DNA of 64,000 nt from Candidatus Velthaea sp. (GCA_965214935.1 CBDCCS010000021.1:256001-320000), one strand, 5' to 3'. Numbered from the stretch's first letter, positions 1 to 9,875 are shown. Numbers and translations: made by a program. Notes: generated by a model from the sequence alone, not told the origin.

Positions 1-1119
1 CATCCCTGAAACGATCGCGAAGTTCGTCAAAGCCGGGATCGGCGTTACGGTCGAACGCGGCGCGGGAACGGCCGCCTACTATCCGGATTCGGCCTACGAA
101 GCCGCCGGGGCGACGATCGCGCCGAGCGCCGCCGAATTGTATACCAGCGCCGATATCGTTACCCGCGTTGCAAAACCGACCGATGCCGAACTCGATGCAT
201 TACAACCCGGCACGATTGTCGTCGGCGTGCTCGCGCCGCTGGGCGATGCCGCGTCGGTCGAGCGCTATGCCCAACGCAAGCTCACCGCGCTGAGCATGGA
301 CACGATTCCGCGCACGACCAAGGCGCAAGCGATGGACGTGCTGTCGTCGCAAGCCAATATCGCCGGGTACAAAGCAGTGCTCATGGCCGCCGACGCGCTG
401 CCCAAATATTTCCCGATGCTGACCACTGCGGCCGGGACGATCAAGCCCGCTCAAGTGCTCGTGCTCGGCGCGGGCGTCGCGGGTTTGCAGGCGATTGCGA
501 CGGCACGCCGGCTCGGTGCCGTCGTCATCGGTTACGACGTCCGTTCCGCGGTCAAAGAACAAGTGCAGTCGCTGGGAGCGAAGTTTCTCGAAATCGACGT
601 CGGCGAGGCCGCCGAAGGTACCGGCGGCTACGCCAAAGAGCTGTCGCAAGAAGCGATTGCAAAACAGCGCGCCGCGATGGTGAAGGCCATCGGCGCCGCC
701 GACGCGGTTATCACGACGGCGGCAATCCCCGGCCGCCGCGCACCGTTGCTCGTCACCGCCGAAGCCGTTGCAGCGATGAAACCGGGCAGTGTCGTCGTCG
801 ATATTGCCGCCGAGACCGGCGGTAACTGCGAACTCACCCGCGCCGGTGAAACGTTCGTGAGCGATAACGGCGTCATCATCATCGGCGCGATCAACCTGCC
901 CGCCACCGTCCCGACGCACGCGAGCCAGCTGTACAGTCGCAACGTGCAGACGCTGCTGGACTACATCATCAAGGATGGCGCGGTGAAACTGGATTTGGAC
1001 GATGAGATCGTGCGTGGCACGACGCTGGTCAACAACGTTCGATCGTCCATCAGCCGACAATCGACGCGCTTGCAACATCGCGCTCGGCCGCCGTATCGAC
1101 TCCCGGAGGAACCGCTTGA
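1..1119 (+). CDS. pntA: NAD(P) transhydrogenase alpha subunit part 1 (5'-truncated by the window; apparent 1-bp frameshift near 1037)
   Basis: Frame open from base 2. Motifs MDVLSSQANIAGYKAV, GAGVAGLQA, DIAAETGGNCE. The natural C-terminus (IVHQPTIDALA...GGTA*, TGA 1117-1119) lies in a shifted frame. Confidence 0.9.
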
Positions 1120-1424
1120 GCGCTGCCCTTTTCACCGAACTCACCGTCTTTATTTTAGCGGTGTTCATCGGCGTCGAAGTCATTTCCAAGGTACCGACCA
1201 CGCTGCATACGCCGTTGATGTCGGCGACCAACGCCATTCACGGAATCGTACTCGTCGGCGCCATTCTCGTTGCCGGCACGTTCGATGCGCCGTTCAACGC
1301 CGTCATCGGTATCGTTCTGGTTATCTTAGCATCGCTCAACGTCTTCGGCGGCTTCACCGTTACGGAACGTATGCTCGAGATGTTTAAACCGCGCGTCGTG
1401 CAGCCCAAGAAAGAGCCCGAATAA
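1116..1424 (+). CDS. pntA: NAD(P) transhydrogenase alpha subunit part 2 (membrane domain)
   Basis: TTG at 1116 after GGAGG (1105-1109). Motif VPTTLHTPLMSATNAIHG; C-terminal TERMLEMF. Confidence 0.92.
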   Translation: MSAALFTELTVFILAVFIGVEVISKVPTTLHTPLMSATNAIHGIVLVGAILVAGTFDAPFNAVIGIVLVILASLNVFGGFTVTERMLEMFKPRVVQPKKEPE

Positions 1425-2830
1425 TGGCCGCCGTCGGCGTCAATCCGGTCAACATCGCGTATCTGGTGACGGGCGTGCTGTTCATCGTGGGCCTGCGCTA
1501 TCTGAGTTCACCGCGCACTGCGCGACTGGGCAATCGGCTCGCGGCGCTGGGCATGCTCATCGCCCTCGTCGCGGTGCTGTCGCAAGGGATCGTCCAGTGG
1601 TGGATCATCGCAGTCGGCGTCGTCGTCGGCGCCGCGGTCGGCATCTACTCGGGCCGCGTCGTCAAGATGACGGCAATGCCGCAGATGGTCGCGCTCTTCA
1701 ACGGCGCCGGCGGCGGCGCAGCGGCGCTCGTGGCAGCCGGCGAATTGCTCAAGCATCTCAATAGCGATCCGGGCGCAGCGTTACCGGGCGACTTTACCTT
1801 CACCATCGTGTTGACCAGCATCATCGGTGCCTTGAGTTTTTCGGGTTCGATCGTTGCCTTTCTTAAGTTGCAAGAAGTGATGACCGGCCGGCCGATCGTG
1901 TATCCGGGCCAGCAAGTCGTCAACGCGCTGGTGCTGCTCGTCGTGCTCGCCGGCGCGGGCTTCGTGATCGCAAACGTCAACACGCTGGGCTGGTTCACCG
2001 CGTCGATACTTGCGGCGCTTATTCTCGGCGTCTTATTCGTGCTGCCGATCGGCGGCGCCGACATGCCCGTCATCGTGTCGCTGCTCAACTCGTTCACCGG
2101 TCTTGCCGCCGCGGCAACCGGCTTCGTGCTGCAAAATAACGTCCTCATTATCTCAGGCGCGCTCGTCGGTGCATCGGGTACGCTCCTAACCGTGATGATG
2201 GGCAAAGCGATGAATCGCTCGATCACCAACGTGCTGTTCGGCGCGTTCGGCAGCGTCAAAGCGGGCGGCTCGGGCGGGTCTTCGTCGACGAGCGGTCAGA
2301 ACGTTCGTTCCGTATCGGCCGACGACGTGGCTGCGCTCGTCGCGTACGCCAATCAAGTGATCGTCGTGCCGGGCTATGGAATGGCTGTCGCACAAGCGCA
2401 GCACAGCGTCCGGGAGCTCGCCGATCAGCTTGAAAAGCGCGGCGTCGAAGTGAAATACGCGATCCATCCCGTCGCCGGACGGATGCCGGGACACATGAAC
2501 GTCTTGTTAGCGGAAGCGAACGTGCCGTATCCGGCGCTGTATGACATGGACGATATCAATCCGGAGTTTTCGCGGACCGACGTGGCACTGATCATCGGCG
2601 CCAACGACGTGACGAATCCGGCCGCCCGCAGCGATCCGAATTCGCCGATTTTCGGTATGCCGATTCTCGATGTCGACAAATCAAACAACGTAATCGTGCT
2701 CAAACGTTCGATGAAACCGGGCTTTGCCGGAATCGATAATCCGCTCTACGACGACGCGAAGACCGCGATGCTTTTCGGCGATGCAAAAAAGTCGATCGAC
2801 GCGGTCGTCTCGGCGGTGAAGAGCCTGTAA
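1424..2830 (+). CDS. pntB: NAD(P) transhydrogenase beta subunit
   Basis: MTAMPQMVALFNG, IGGADMPV, HPVAGRMPGHMNVLLAEA, GANDVTNPAA. Confidence 0.97.
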   Translation: MAAVGVNPVNIAYLVTGVLFIVGLRYLSSPRTARLGNRLAALGMLIALVAVLSQGIVQWWIIAVGVVVGAAVGIYSGRVVKMTAMPQMVALFNGAGGGAAALVAAGELLKHLNSDPGAALPGDFTFTIVLTSIIGALSFSGSIVAFLKLQEVMTGRPIVYPGQQVVNALVLLVVLAGAGFVIANVNTLGWFTASILAALILGVLFVLPIGGADMPVIVSLLNSFTGLAAAATGFVLQNNVLIISGALVGASGTLLTVMMGKAMNRSITNVLFGAFGSVKAGGSGGSSSTSGQNVRSVSADDVAALVAYANQVIVVPGYGMAVAQAQHSVRELADQLEKRGVEVKYAIHPVAGRMPGHMNVLLAEANVPYPALYDMDDINPEFSRTDVALIIGANDVTNPAARSDPNSPIFGMPILDVDKSNNVIVLKRSMKPGFAGIDNPLYDDAKTAMLFGDAKKSIDAVVSAVKSL

Positions 2831-2906
2831 CGCTTGATCGGGCACGCGCTTGGAACGAGGCCAAGGGCATCCGAGACGTGAATCGCCGTAAGGTGCTGGT
2901 GTCGCT

Positions 2907-3452
2907 GTGAACGGTACGTTTGACCCTGCGGTCGTTCGACAATACGCGCAACGGATCAGTGACGGCCGCTGGTTCGCCCACCTCGGCTTGCCGCTCGATG
3001 AACGCGAACAAGGCACCGTCGAAGCGTTCGTTCGGGCAACGGGCGCCGTCAAAGCCGTTCGTGCAACATCGTGGGAGGATGCCCGGACGATCGTTGCCGA
3101 CATCCGCGGTCGCGAAGCCGCTGCCGTCGACTCCGCCGAAGTCGAGCGTTTGAAGACGCGCGCGCTCGAAGCCACCGATCGCAATGCCCTCATGGCGGCG
3201 ATGACGACGATCGTCGACGGCGGTCTGGAGATTTTTTTCGATCGGGCCGGCGCTGCAGCGCGCGCCGCGCGGATCACCGATCCCGCGATCATTCGCGTTG
3301 CGGCGGGTGCGGCGTCAGAAGCGGTTTATCGCGCGGCACTTGCTGCCGCCGTCGGCGAGGCCGACGACCATCGCTTCATCCTGCGGTACGATTTGTTTGC
3401 GAAGGGCCGCTGGCCGCTGGCGCGCATCGACGACGGCTTTTATCTGCTGTAG
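2907..3452 (+). CDS. hypothetical protein
   Basis: 181-aa ORF filling the pntB-ubiD gap; no family recognised. Confidence 0.7.
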   Translation: MNGTFDPAVVRQYAQRISDGRWFAHLGLPLDEREQGTVEAFVRATGAVKAVRATSWEDARTIVADIRGREAAAVDSAEVERLKTRALEATDRNALMAAMTTIVDGGLEIFFDRAGAAARAARITDPAIIRVAAGAASEAVYRAALAAAVGEADDHRFILRYDLFAKGRWPLARIDDGFYLL

Positions 3453-3494
3453 CCGGACTGGTTCCAATCCGGGCGTCGTCCAATTCCATTTGCA

Positions 3495-5078
3495 ATGCTT
3501 GTTCGTTCGTTAGCCGACTTCGTCGACGTCCTGCGCGACGCGGGTGAACTGGCCGTCGTCGATGTCGCGGTCGACCGCTATCTCGAGATCAGCGAGATTA
3601 CCGATCGGGTCGTCAAAGCCGGCGGCCCGGCGTTGCTTTTTACCAACGTCATCGATAGCCCGTATCCGGTGCTGACGAATCAATTCGGCTCCGAACGCCG
3701 CATGGCGCTGGCGCTCGGCGCGCGCAGCTTGGCCGACGTCGAAGCACGGATGCGCAAGACGATCGACCTGTCGGTGCCGGATTCACTCGGCGGGAAGCTC
3801 GGCAAACTGCTTTCGCTAACGTCGCTGGCGAGTGCCATTCCGCGGACGGTCGAGAGCGGCGCTTGTCAGGAAGTCATCGACCTCGAACCGGATTTACGGA
3901 CGCTGCCGGTGTTGACGACTTGGCCGCTCGACGGCGGTCCGTTCGTCACCCTGCCGCTCGTTTTCACCGCGGATCCCGGCAGCGGTGCGCAGAACGTCGG
4001 CATGTATCGCGTTCAAGTGTACGATCGCAATACGACCGGCATGCACTGGCAGCGGCACAAACAAGGCCGCGCGCATGCCGCCAAGTGGGGCCGCCGCGTG
4101 CCGGTCGCCGTCGTCATCGGAGCGGACCCGGCCATCACGTACGCCGCGACGGCGCCGCTGCCGCCGATCGTCGATGAAATGGCACTCGCCGGCTTTTTGC
4201 GCGGCGCACCGATCGAGATGGTGCGCTGCAAGACGATCGATCTCAAAGTACCGGCAAACGCCGAATTCGTGCTCGAAGGTTACGTCGACAACGAAGACAT
4301 GCGCGTGGAAGGCCCCTTCGGCGATCACACCGGCGTATACAGTCTTGCCGATCACTACCCGACGTTTCACGTGCAGTGTGTGACGCATCGCCGCAAGCCG
4401 ATCTACGGCGCGACGGTCGTCGGTAAACCGCCGATGGAAGACGCATGGCTCGGCAAAGCGACGGAACGCCTTTTTTTACCGTTGCTGCAGATGGTCGTGC
4501 CGGAGATCGTCGATTACAATTTGCCCGTTGAAGGCGGTTTTCACAATCTCGCCATCGTTGCCGTCCGTAAGAGCTACCCGGGTCAGGCGAAGAAGGTAAT
4601 GAACGCGTTGTGGGGCCTGGGGCACATGATGATGTTGACGCGCGTGCTGCTCATCGTCGATCATGACGTCGACCCCGCCGACGTTCGCGGCGTTGTTTGG
4701 AACGCGCTCAACAACGTCGATGCGTCGCGCGATCTTGTCGTCATGCCGGGTCCGGTCGACGATCTCGATCATAGCGGATCGTATCTCATGTCGCTGGGCC
4801 ACAAGGTCGGTATCGATGCGACGCGCAAACGCGCGGACGAAGGGTACGCACGTGATTGGCCGCCGGAAATCCTCATGAACGCTGCTACGCGTGCGCATGT
4901 GAGCGCGCGCTGGGAGCAATACGGCATCGGCGATCTCTTGCACGGCACGGCCGACGACTATTCCGGTCAGGGACCCGCGCGCCTCAAACGCCTGTTGTCG
5001 TCAGCCTCGATGGCCGACGATGCTGCGCCGCCGCTGACGTCCGCCGCGCGCCAGGCGTTGAAGCCGCCCGCCGTATGA
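3495..5078 (+). CDS. UbiD-family decarboxylase (menaquinone/futalosine-pathway type)
   Basis: EGPFGDHTG, NVGMYRVQ, GKPPMED motifs; coupled to a UbiA-like gene. Confidence 0.9.
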   Translation: MLVRSLADFVDVLRDAGELAVVDVAVDRYLEISEITDRVVKAGGPALLFTNVIDSPYPVLTNQFGSERRMALALGARSLADVEARMRKTIDLSVPDSLGGKLGKLLSLTSLASAIPRTVESGACQEVIDLEPDLRTLPVLTTWPLDGGPFVTLPLVFTADPGSGAQNVGMYRVQVYDRNTTGMHWQRHKQGRAHAAKWGRRVPVAVVIGADPAITYAATAPLPPIVDEMALAGFLRGAPIEMVRCKTIDLKVPANAEFVLEGYVDNEDMRVEGPFGDHTGVYSLADHYPTFHVQCVTHRRKPIYGATVVGKPPMEDAWLGKATERLFLPLLQMVVPEIVDYNLPVEGGFHNLAIVAVRKSYPGQAKKVMNALWGLGHMMMLTRVLLIVDHDVDPADVRGVVWNALNNVDASRDLVVMPGPVDDLDHSGSYLMSLGHKVGIDATRKRADEGYARDWPPEILMNAATRAHVSARWEQYGIGDLLHGTADDYSGQGPARLKRLLSSASMADDAAPPLTSAARQALKPPAV

Positions 5079-5932
5079 ATCGCTTGCAGGTATTTCTAAA
5101 AGAGATCCGCGTCGAGCACACGCTCTTCGCGCTGCCGTTTGCCTACGTCGGCGCGGTCATGGCCGCGCGCGGAATTCCGACGTTCTGGCAGCTGTTTTGG
5201 ATAACGCTCGCGGTCATCGGCGCCCGTACGGCGGCGATGGCGGCAAACCGATATTTTGACCGGACCATCGATCAGCGCAATCCGCGTACGGCCCGGCGCG
5301 CCCTGGCCAGCGGGGTGCTAGCGCCCGGCGTCATGATCTGGGCGATGGCCGGCGGCATCGCTTTACTCATCGTCAGTGCAGCAATGCTCAATCCGCTGTG
5401 TTTGATGCTGCTACCGCTCGCGGCGCTCGGCATTCTGGTGTATCCGCTCTGCAAGCGATTCACCTGGCTCGTGCATTTCGTGCTGGGTGCAATCGATGCG
5501 TTTGCGCCGTTAGGCGCTTTCATCGCTGTTGCCGGAACCGTAACGCTGCCCGCGCTGTGTCTCTTTGTTGCAGTGACCGTCTGGGTCGCGGGCTTCGACA
5601 TTTTATACGCGCTCATGGACTATCGCTACGACGTCGCCCAAGGACTGAACTCAATTCCGGCGCGGTTCGGCGAACGTGCCGGACGCGCGCTGCCCGTTGC
5701 GCTGCACGTTACGATGACCGTTGCATTGTTGGCTGCCGGCATCGTCGCACGCGCCGGCAGCGTCTATTATGCCGGCGTCGTGCTAGCCGCCATACTCGTC
5801 GTCTACGAAGAGCGGCTAATCGCAATGGCCAAAGATATCTTCGCGCTCAACGATCGAATATTCGTAACCAACATGGCGTTCTCGGTTGCGTTTCTCGTTA
5901 CGACGCTCGCATCGTTCATGATCGCTGCATGA
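5075..5932 (+). CDS. UbiA-family polyprenyltransferase (MqnP-like)
   Basis: ATGA overlap with the UbiD stop. EHTLFALPFAY, NRYFDRTIDQRNPRT, GFDILYALMD. Confidence 0.9.
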   Translation: MNRLQVFLKEIRVEHTLFALPFAYVGAVMAARGIPTFWQLFWITLAVIGARTAAMAANRYFDRTIDQRNPRTARRALASGVLAPGVMIWAMAGGIALLIVSAAMLNPLCLMLLPLAALGILVYPLCKRFTWLVHFVLGAIDAFAPLGAFIAVAGTVTLPALCLFVAVTVWVAGFDILYALMDYRYDVAQGLNSIPARFGERAGRALPVALHVTMTVALLAAGIVARAGSVYYAGVVLAAILVVYEERLIAMAKDIFALNDRIFVTNMAFSVAFLVTTLASFMIAA

Positions 5933-7077
5933 TCGGTCGGACCGATTTCCTCGCTGGTTTGGCCGGCACCGGAACGCTCGCGGCCATCGATGTTCCGGCT
6001 TATGCCGCGACAATCGCAATCGGCGTCATTGCACCGCTGTCCGGCGCGTTTCGCACGGCCGGCGAACAGCTCGCCAACGGCGTCCGCGGTGCAATCGACT
6101 ATCAAAATCGGCTTCGCGCCGGCTTTGATAAGGTGTATACGATGCGCACGTTCGACGATCAGAACGCCGTCGCCGACGCAATCGTCAACGCCCAGTTCGC
6201 CATCGACGATCCGACGATCGTTGCCGTCATCGGTCACCTCGGTGCCAAAGGCACGATATCGGCGTTACGCACGTACGCACAAGCGCAGATGCCGATTATC
6301 GCACCGGCCGTAACCGCCGACGAGCTAACGACTCGCGGCTATCGCAACGTCTTTCGGATGGCCACGCGCGACCTGACCGAAGGTCAGATGCTGGCAACAT
6401 TCGTGCGCGAAAAGTACCGCCCCAAAGTACCGCACGTGCTCGTTCAAGACGGCGATTACGGCCCTGACGTCGCCAACGGTTACGTGCAAGCGCTCGGCAC
6501 GTCGAAGATCGACAGCAAAGTGACGATATTCGGCTATGACAAACCAGATTACGGCGGCGCCGCCGCCGCCGCCCTGGACGGCAAACCCGATCATATCATG
6601 CTCGCCGGAACCGCCCAGGACATGGGCCCACTCGTTAAAGTGCTGCGCGACAAGGGCTACGGCGGACCGCTGGCTGCGCCGCAGGGGTTCTTCGACGCCT
6701 TGACCGCCACCAAATACGTTAAAGAGTGCGAAGGCATCGTTATCTCGACATCGATGCCCTATCTTGCGATCGCGCCGGCCGCGTATCGGATTCTCAATGA
6801 TTATCAAGCGGCGTACGGCCAGCTGGTTCCGGTATCGGCGTTTGCCTACGGTGCGGCCCAGATTATTTTTAGTGCCGTGCGCCGTTCCGGTGCAGCCTCA
6901 CGCAACACGCTCGCAAGCGCGCTGTCACTCGGCGGAAATTACGATACGATCGTCGGCTCGTTTACCTTTTCCCCGGCCGGCGACCCGATCGACCCGGAAC
7001 TTTATTTTTACACAATTACGGACGGTAAATTCGCATATCTCCGGCAAGCGCACCCGTCGTCGTTCTTGCCGCGCTGA
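5929..7077 (+). CDS. branched-chain amino acid ABC-type substrate-binding protein
   Basis: ATGA overlap. IGVIAPLSG, VAVIGH and DYGP features of LivJ-like proteins; degenerate Tat-like N-terminus GRTDFL. Confidence 0.85.
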   Translation: MIGRTDFLAGLAGTGTLAAIDVPAYAATIAIGVIAPLSGAFRTAGEQLANGVRGAIDYQNRLRAGFDKVYTMRTFDDQNAVADAIVNAQFAIDDPTIVAVIGHLGAKGTISALRTYAQAQMPIIAPAVTADELTTRGYRNVFRMATRDLTEGQMLATFVREKYRPKVPHVLVQDGDYGPDVANGYVQALGTSKIDSKVTIFGYDKPDYGGAAAAALDGKPDHIMLAGTAQDMGPLVKVLRDKGYGGPLAAPQGFFDALTATKYVKECEGIVISTSMPYLAIAPAAYRILNDYQAAYGQLVPVSAFAYGAAQIIFSAVRRSGAASRNTLASALSLGGNYDTIVGSFTFSPAGDPIDPELYFYTITDGKFAYLRQAHPSSFLPR

Positions 7078-7087
7078 ATAAGCGTAC

Positions 7088-7585
7088 CTATCTTAGCGAG
7101 TCGGCGTCGGGCGTATAGCCTCGTCCGTACAGCGCGTTCTTATTATGCGCCGGTACGAGCGTTGTCGGCGGAGCTTCTTCGCGCAACGGATAGCCGCTGC
7201 CGTCGCACGCCGCGAGCAGCGAGCCGCCGAACGACCGACTCATCAACGGCGGGCCGAAGACCAATGCGCTTGATGCTGCGTCGCTGTAGCCGGGCCGATC
7301 GACGCAGGCAAGGTTGAAGCGCGAACCGCCCGTTGCATTCAACCACGGATACGCTGCGCCGGTGATGAAGAAGCGCGGATTGGCTCGCAGTGCCGGCTGC
7401 GGCGGAGCGGTCTGCGTTCGCCGAATGACGGGCTCGAATTGCCGCAACATATCCGTTTGCATCGGGACGGGCATGCTTCTCATGCCCCCGGCAGCGCGGC
7501 CACCGGTCGGAGCGGCAACGGCGGGCAAACTAAGTACGGCGCACAATATGCCGGCGCCGACGGACGACCAACGCTTGACGTTCAT
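7088..7585 (-). CDS. hypothetical exported protein
   Basis: Signal-peptide-like start MNVKRWSSVGAGILCAVLSLPAVAA; lies downstream of the GntR-ABC operon. Confidence 0.55.
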   Translation of the reverse strand: MNVKRWSSVGAGILCAVLSLPAVAAPTGGRAAGGMRSMPVPMQTDMLRQFEPVIRRTQTAPPQPALRANPRFFITGAAYPWLNATGGSRFNLACVDRPGYSDAASSALVFGPPLMSRSFGGSLLAACDGSGYPLREEAPPTTLVPAHNKNALYGRGYTPDADSLR

Positions 7586-7632
7586 GCGCCGAGCCATTCG
7601 GAATCGGTCGCGTTCTTGACTGCAATTTACGG

Positions 7633-8385
7633 CTAAATCTGCAGCCGCTTCCACTGCACGACGGCGATGCCGAGTAATGCGATGCCCAAGCCGTAGCCGA
7701 GAAAGCTCATTGCCGTTTGTACACCGGCGGGTAGACTCGAATCGGCGTGTTGGGTGTACATCGCAACGGGGTTGACCGTGTTGAGCGCTATGGAGAGCGC
7801 GTGAATGGGCGCAAGCGGTACCAAACCGAGCAATACGAGAGCGATCATCAGCGGCCAGAATAGTGCTGCGACGGTGCCGCGGTTGCGTTTCATCGAAGCA
7901 CTCAGGGCCGTCACCCAGGCGTAAACGCAAAGGGGAAAACCACAAAAAGCGACGGCGCGTACGGACGCTTCCCAACTTGGCAAGATCACCGCCTGCCGGC
8001 CGATATAACAATCTGTAACGATGCTTGCGCAGATCATTGTAAGAACGATGCACGCGGCCATCGCGGCGATGTCCACGGCAAAGACGCCTAGAGCGTACGT
8101 TTCGCGTGAGACGGGTTTCGTCCAAGCGAGTTCGAGATGCCCGTCGTTCTCCGCCGCGAGGTTGAGACCGAGCGCAGTTGCAAATCCGCCGACAAGCGCA
8201 GCGGCACCGGATAACAACTCGGCCAGGCTCACATTGACGGCGGCTAATTCCGCACTTCGCGTCGCGCCGATGCGAAAGACGCCCGGCCAATAGCGCAAAG
8301 CAATTGCAAGCAGCGAAATGCCGATTGCAAACAACGCATAAACGATAACCGCGCGGCGCACGCGCATATACGGCATGTACCACAT
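7633..8385 (-). CDS. ABC-2-type permease-like membrane protein
   Basis: About 6 hydrophobic segments; ENDGHLELAWTKPVSR resembles the ABC-2 permease loop; adjacent to an ATPase. Confidence 0.8.
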   Translation of the reverse strand: MWYMPYMRVRRAVIVYALFAIGISLLAIALRYWPGVFRIGATRSAELAAVNVSLAELLSGAAALVGGFATALGLNLAAENDGHLELAWTKPVSRETYALGVFAVDIAAMAACIVLTMICASIVTDCYIGRQAVILPSWEASVRAVAFCGFPLCVYAWVTALSASMKRNRGTVAALFWPLMIALVLLGLVPLAPIHALSIALNTVNPVAMYTQHADSSLPAGVQTAMSFLGYGLGIALLGIAVVQWKRLQI

Positions 8386-8386
8386 A

Positions 8387-9295
8387 TCACTGACCCTCCA
8401 GCGTCGGGATGCGCGGTTCTTCAACCGCCGAAAAAAAGAGCTCTTCGAGATTCTGATCGAGCAGATGAATGCCGACCGGAGCGAGTGCATTGACGTCGCG
8501 CATCACGCCGTCCGGATCGGCATGAACGTAGAGCCGTAAGGTGATTCCGCGCTGTTCGACGCGACGTATGCGCGCGTCGGTGCGAAAGGGCGTCGCATCG
8601 ATCGGCGCAGCGAACACCGCTTCGACCATCTTTTCGCGGCTCCGTAATTCGTCGAGCTCGCCTTCGAGTACGACCTGCCCGTGTTTGAGGACGACGACGC
8701 GGTCGGCGGCGCGTTCGACTTGACCGATCTGATGCGACGACAGGACGATCGCCGTGCCCGAAGCGGCCGCCTCGATCAAGAGATCGAGAACTGCGCGCTG
8801 ATGGATCGGATCCAGACCGCTCGACGGCTCATCCATAATCATGATCTGCGGCCGGATTGCAAAGGCGAGCACCAACCCGAGCGCCGTACGCTGGCCTTTC
8901 GAAAGCCGGCCGACGCGTTTGCCCGGATCGAGTGAAAAAATTTCGAGCATCGTCTGCGCGCGGCGTGCGTCGTACGCGCGATACGCTCGGCGCATCATCT
9001 CGAGGTGATCGCTTCCCGTCAGGCGTTCGTAGAGCGCACTGCGTTCAGGGACGAAGGCGAGCGACTCGAACATTGCCGGGCGCGGTACCGAGCCGGCAAT
9101 GGTAATCGTCCCGGAGTCGGCGCGCGCTAGGCCCAGCATGCATTTGAACGTCGTCGATTTTCCCGAACCATTCGGTCCGAGCAGTCCGCAAATCGAGCCG
9201 GCGGCGACTTCAAACGAAACATCGCGAACCGCCTCGAACGCGCCATAACGCTTGCGTAACGACTGCACGACAATCGGGTTCACGTTAGTCCTCAT
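8387..9295 (-). CDS. ABC transporter ATP-binding protein (YtrB-like)
   Basis: GPNGSGKST, LSKGQ, IMDEPSSGLDP. Confidence 0.95.
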   Translation of the reverse strand: MRTNVNPIVVQSLRKRYGAFEAVRDVSFEVAAGSICGLLGPNGSGKSTTFKCMLGLARADSGTITIAGSVPRPAMFESLAFVPERSALYERLTGSDHLEMMRRAYRAYDARRAQTMLEIFSLDPGKRVGRLSKGQRTALGLVLAFAIRPQIMIMDEPSSGLDPIHQRAVLDLLIEAAASGTAIVLSSHQIGQVERAADRVVVLKHGQVVLEGELDELRSREKMVEAVFAAPIDATPFRTDARIRRVEQRGITLRLYVHADPDGVMRDVNALAPVGIHLLDQNLEELFFSAVEEPRIPTLEGQ

Positions 9296-9680
9296 CGGGA
9301 TACCAGCGCTCGATCAAACGCGTGATGAGCGCGACGATGTCACGTCGCGGGACGCCGATGCTCCGCGCGTCTCGAACGGCGGCTTCGAGTGCGATTGCCG
9401 CTACATCGCCGACGGTTTTGCGCGTTTGGCGCACATCGGAGTTGCGCACGAAGGAGCCGCGGCCGGGGCTTGTCTCGATGAGTCCGTCCCGTTCGAGGTC
9501 GCGATACGCGCGGGCAACGGTATTCGGGTTGATCGTCAGTTCGATCGCGAGCTGCTTAACCGTCGGCAAACGTTCGCCGCCGGCAAGCGCCCCGACCGCA
9601 ATCGATCGTTTTACTTGATCGATCAATTGCGTGTACAACGGGACGCCGCTACGCGGATCGATATTGAAGTTGCCCGGCAC
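9285..9680 (-). CDS. GntR-family (YtrA subfamily) regulator
   Basis: PLYTQLIDQV...LPTVKQLA...INPNTVARAYRDLE...GRGSFV with a short C-terminus; likely GTG start at 9680. Confidence 0.93.
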   Translation of the reverse strand: MPGNFNIDPRSGVPLYTQLIDQVKRSIAVGALAGGERLPTVKQLAIELTINPNTVARAYRDLERDGLIETSPGRGSFVRNSDVRQTRKTVGDVAAIALEAAVRDARSIGVPRRDIVALITRLIERWYPDED

Positions 9681-9684
9681 GCGG

Positions 9685-9813
9685 TCAGAACCGAACACCC
9701 CACCCGCCGAAAAGCTTACTATCGGCGCCGATCGGAAGGCGGACGCGACGCTCGCCCTCGATGACGGGTAATGGACGGCGGACGATCGTGGTTACCGGCT
9801 GTTGTATTGGCAT
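9685..9813 (-). CDS. unannotated 42-aa peptide MPIQQPVTTIVRRPLPVIEGERRVRLPIGADSKLFGGWGVRF
   Basis: ATG at 9813 preceded by AGGAGAG (9828-9822); TGA at 9687-9685 lies 4 nt before the GntR GTG. Confidence 0.65.
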   Translation of the reverse strand: MPIQQPVTTIVRRPLPVIEGERRVRLPIGADSKLFGGWGVRF

Positions 9814-9839
9814 TTGAACTGCTCTCCTATTGAACTAGT

Positions 9840-9875
9840 GTATTAGTATAATAACGTATTAGGATAATAAGTCAA
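9840..9875 (-). promoter_or_regulatory. sigma70-like promoter overlapped by tandem putative YtrA/GntR operators
   Basis: Minus strand TTGACT-16 nt-TATTAT. Direct repeat GTATTAG[T/G]ATAATAA at 9840-9854 and 9856-9870, each an imperfect GTATTA..TAATA dyad. Confidence 0.65.

Noticed and set aside
200..1237. Long antisense or alternate-frame ORFs (also 31563..32489, 40797..41942, 24894..25964 and many others)
   Set aside because: Shadow ORFs typical of high-GC DNA, overlapping well-supported genes and without motifs.
1120..1387. Arg/His-rich C-terminal extension of PntA
   Set aside because: Out-of-frame read-through over pntA2 caused by the frameshift near 1037.
5398..5928. Extended N-termini in the ORF track (also 4856, 26152..27420, 44580..46181, 46023, 47854)
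   Set aside because: They overlap neighbouring genes; downstream starts with stop/start coupling fit the family N-termini.
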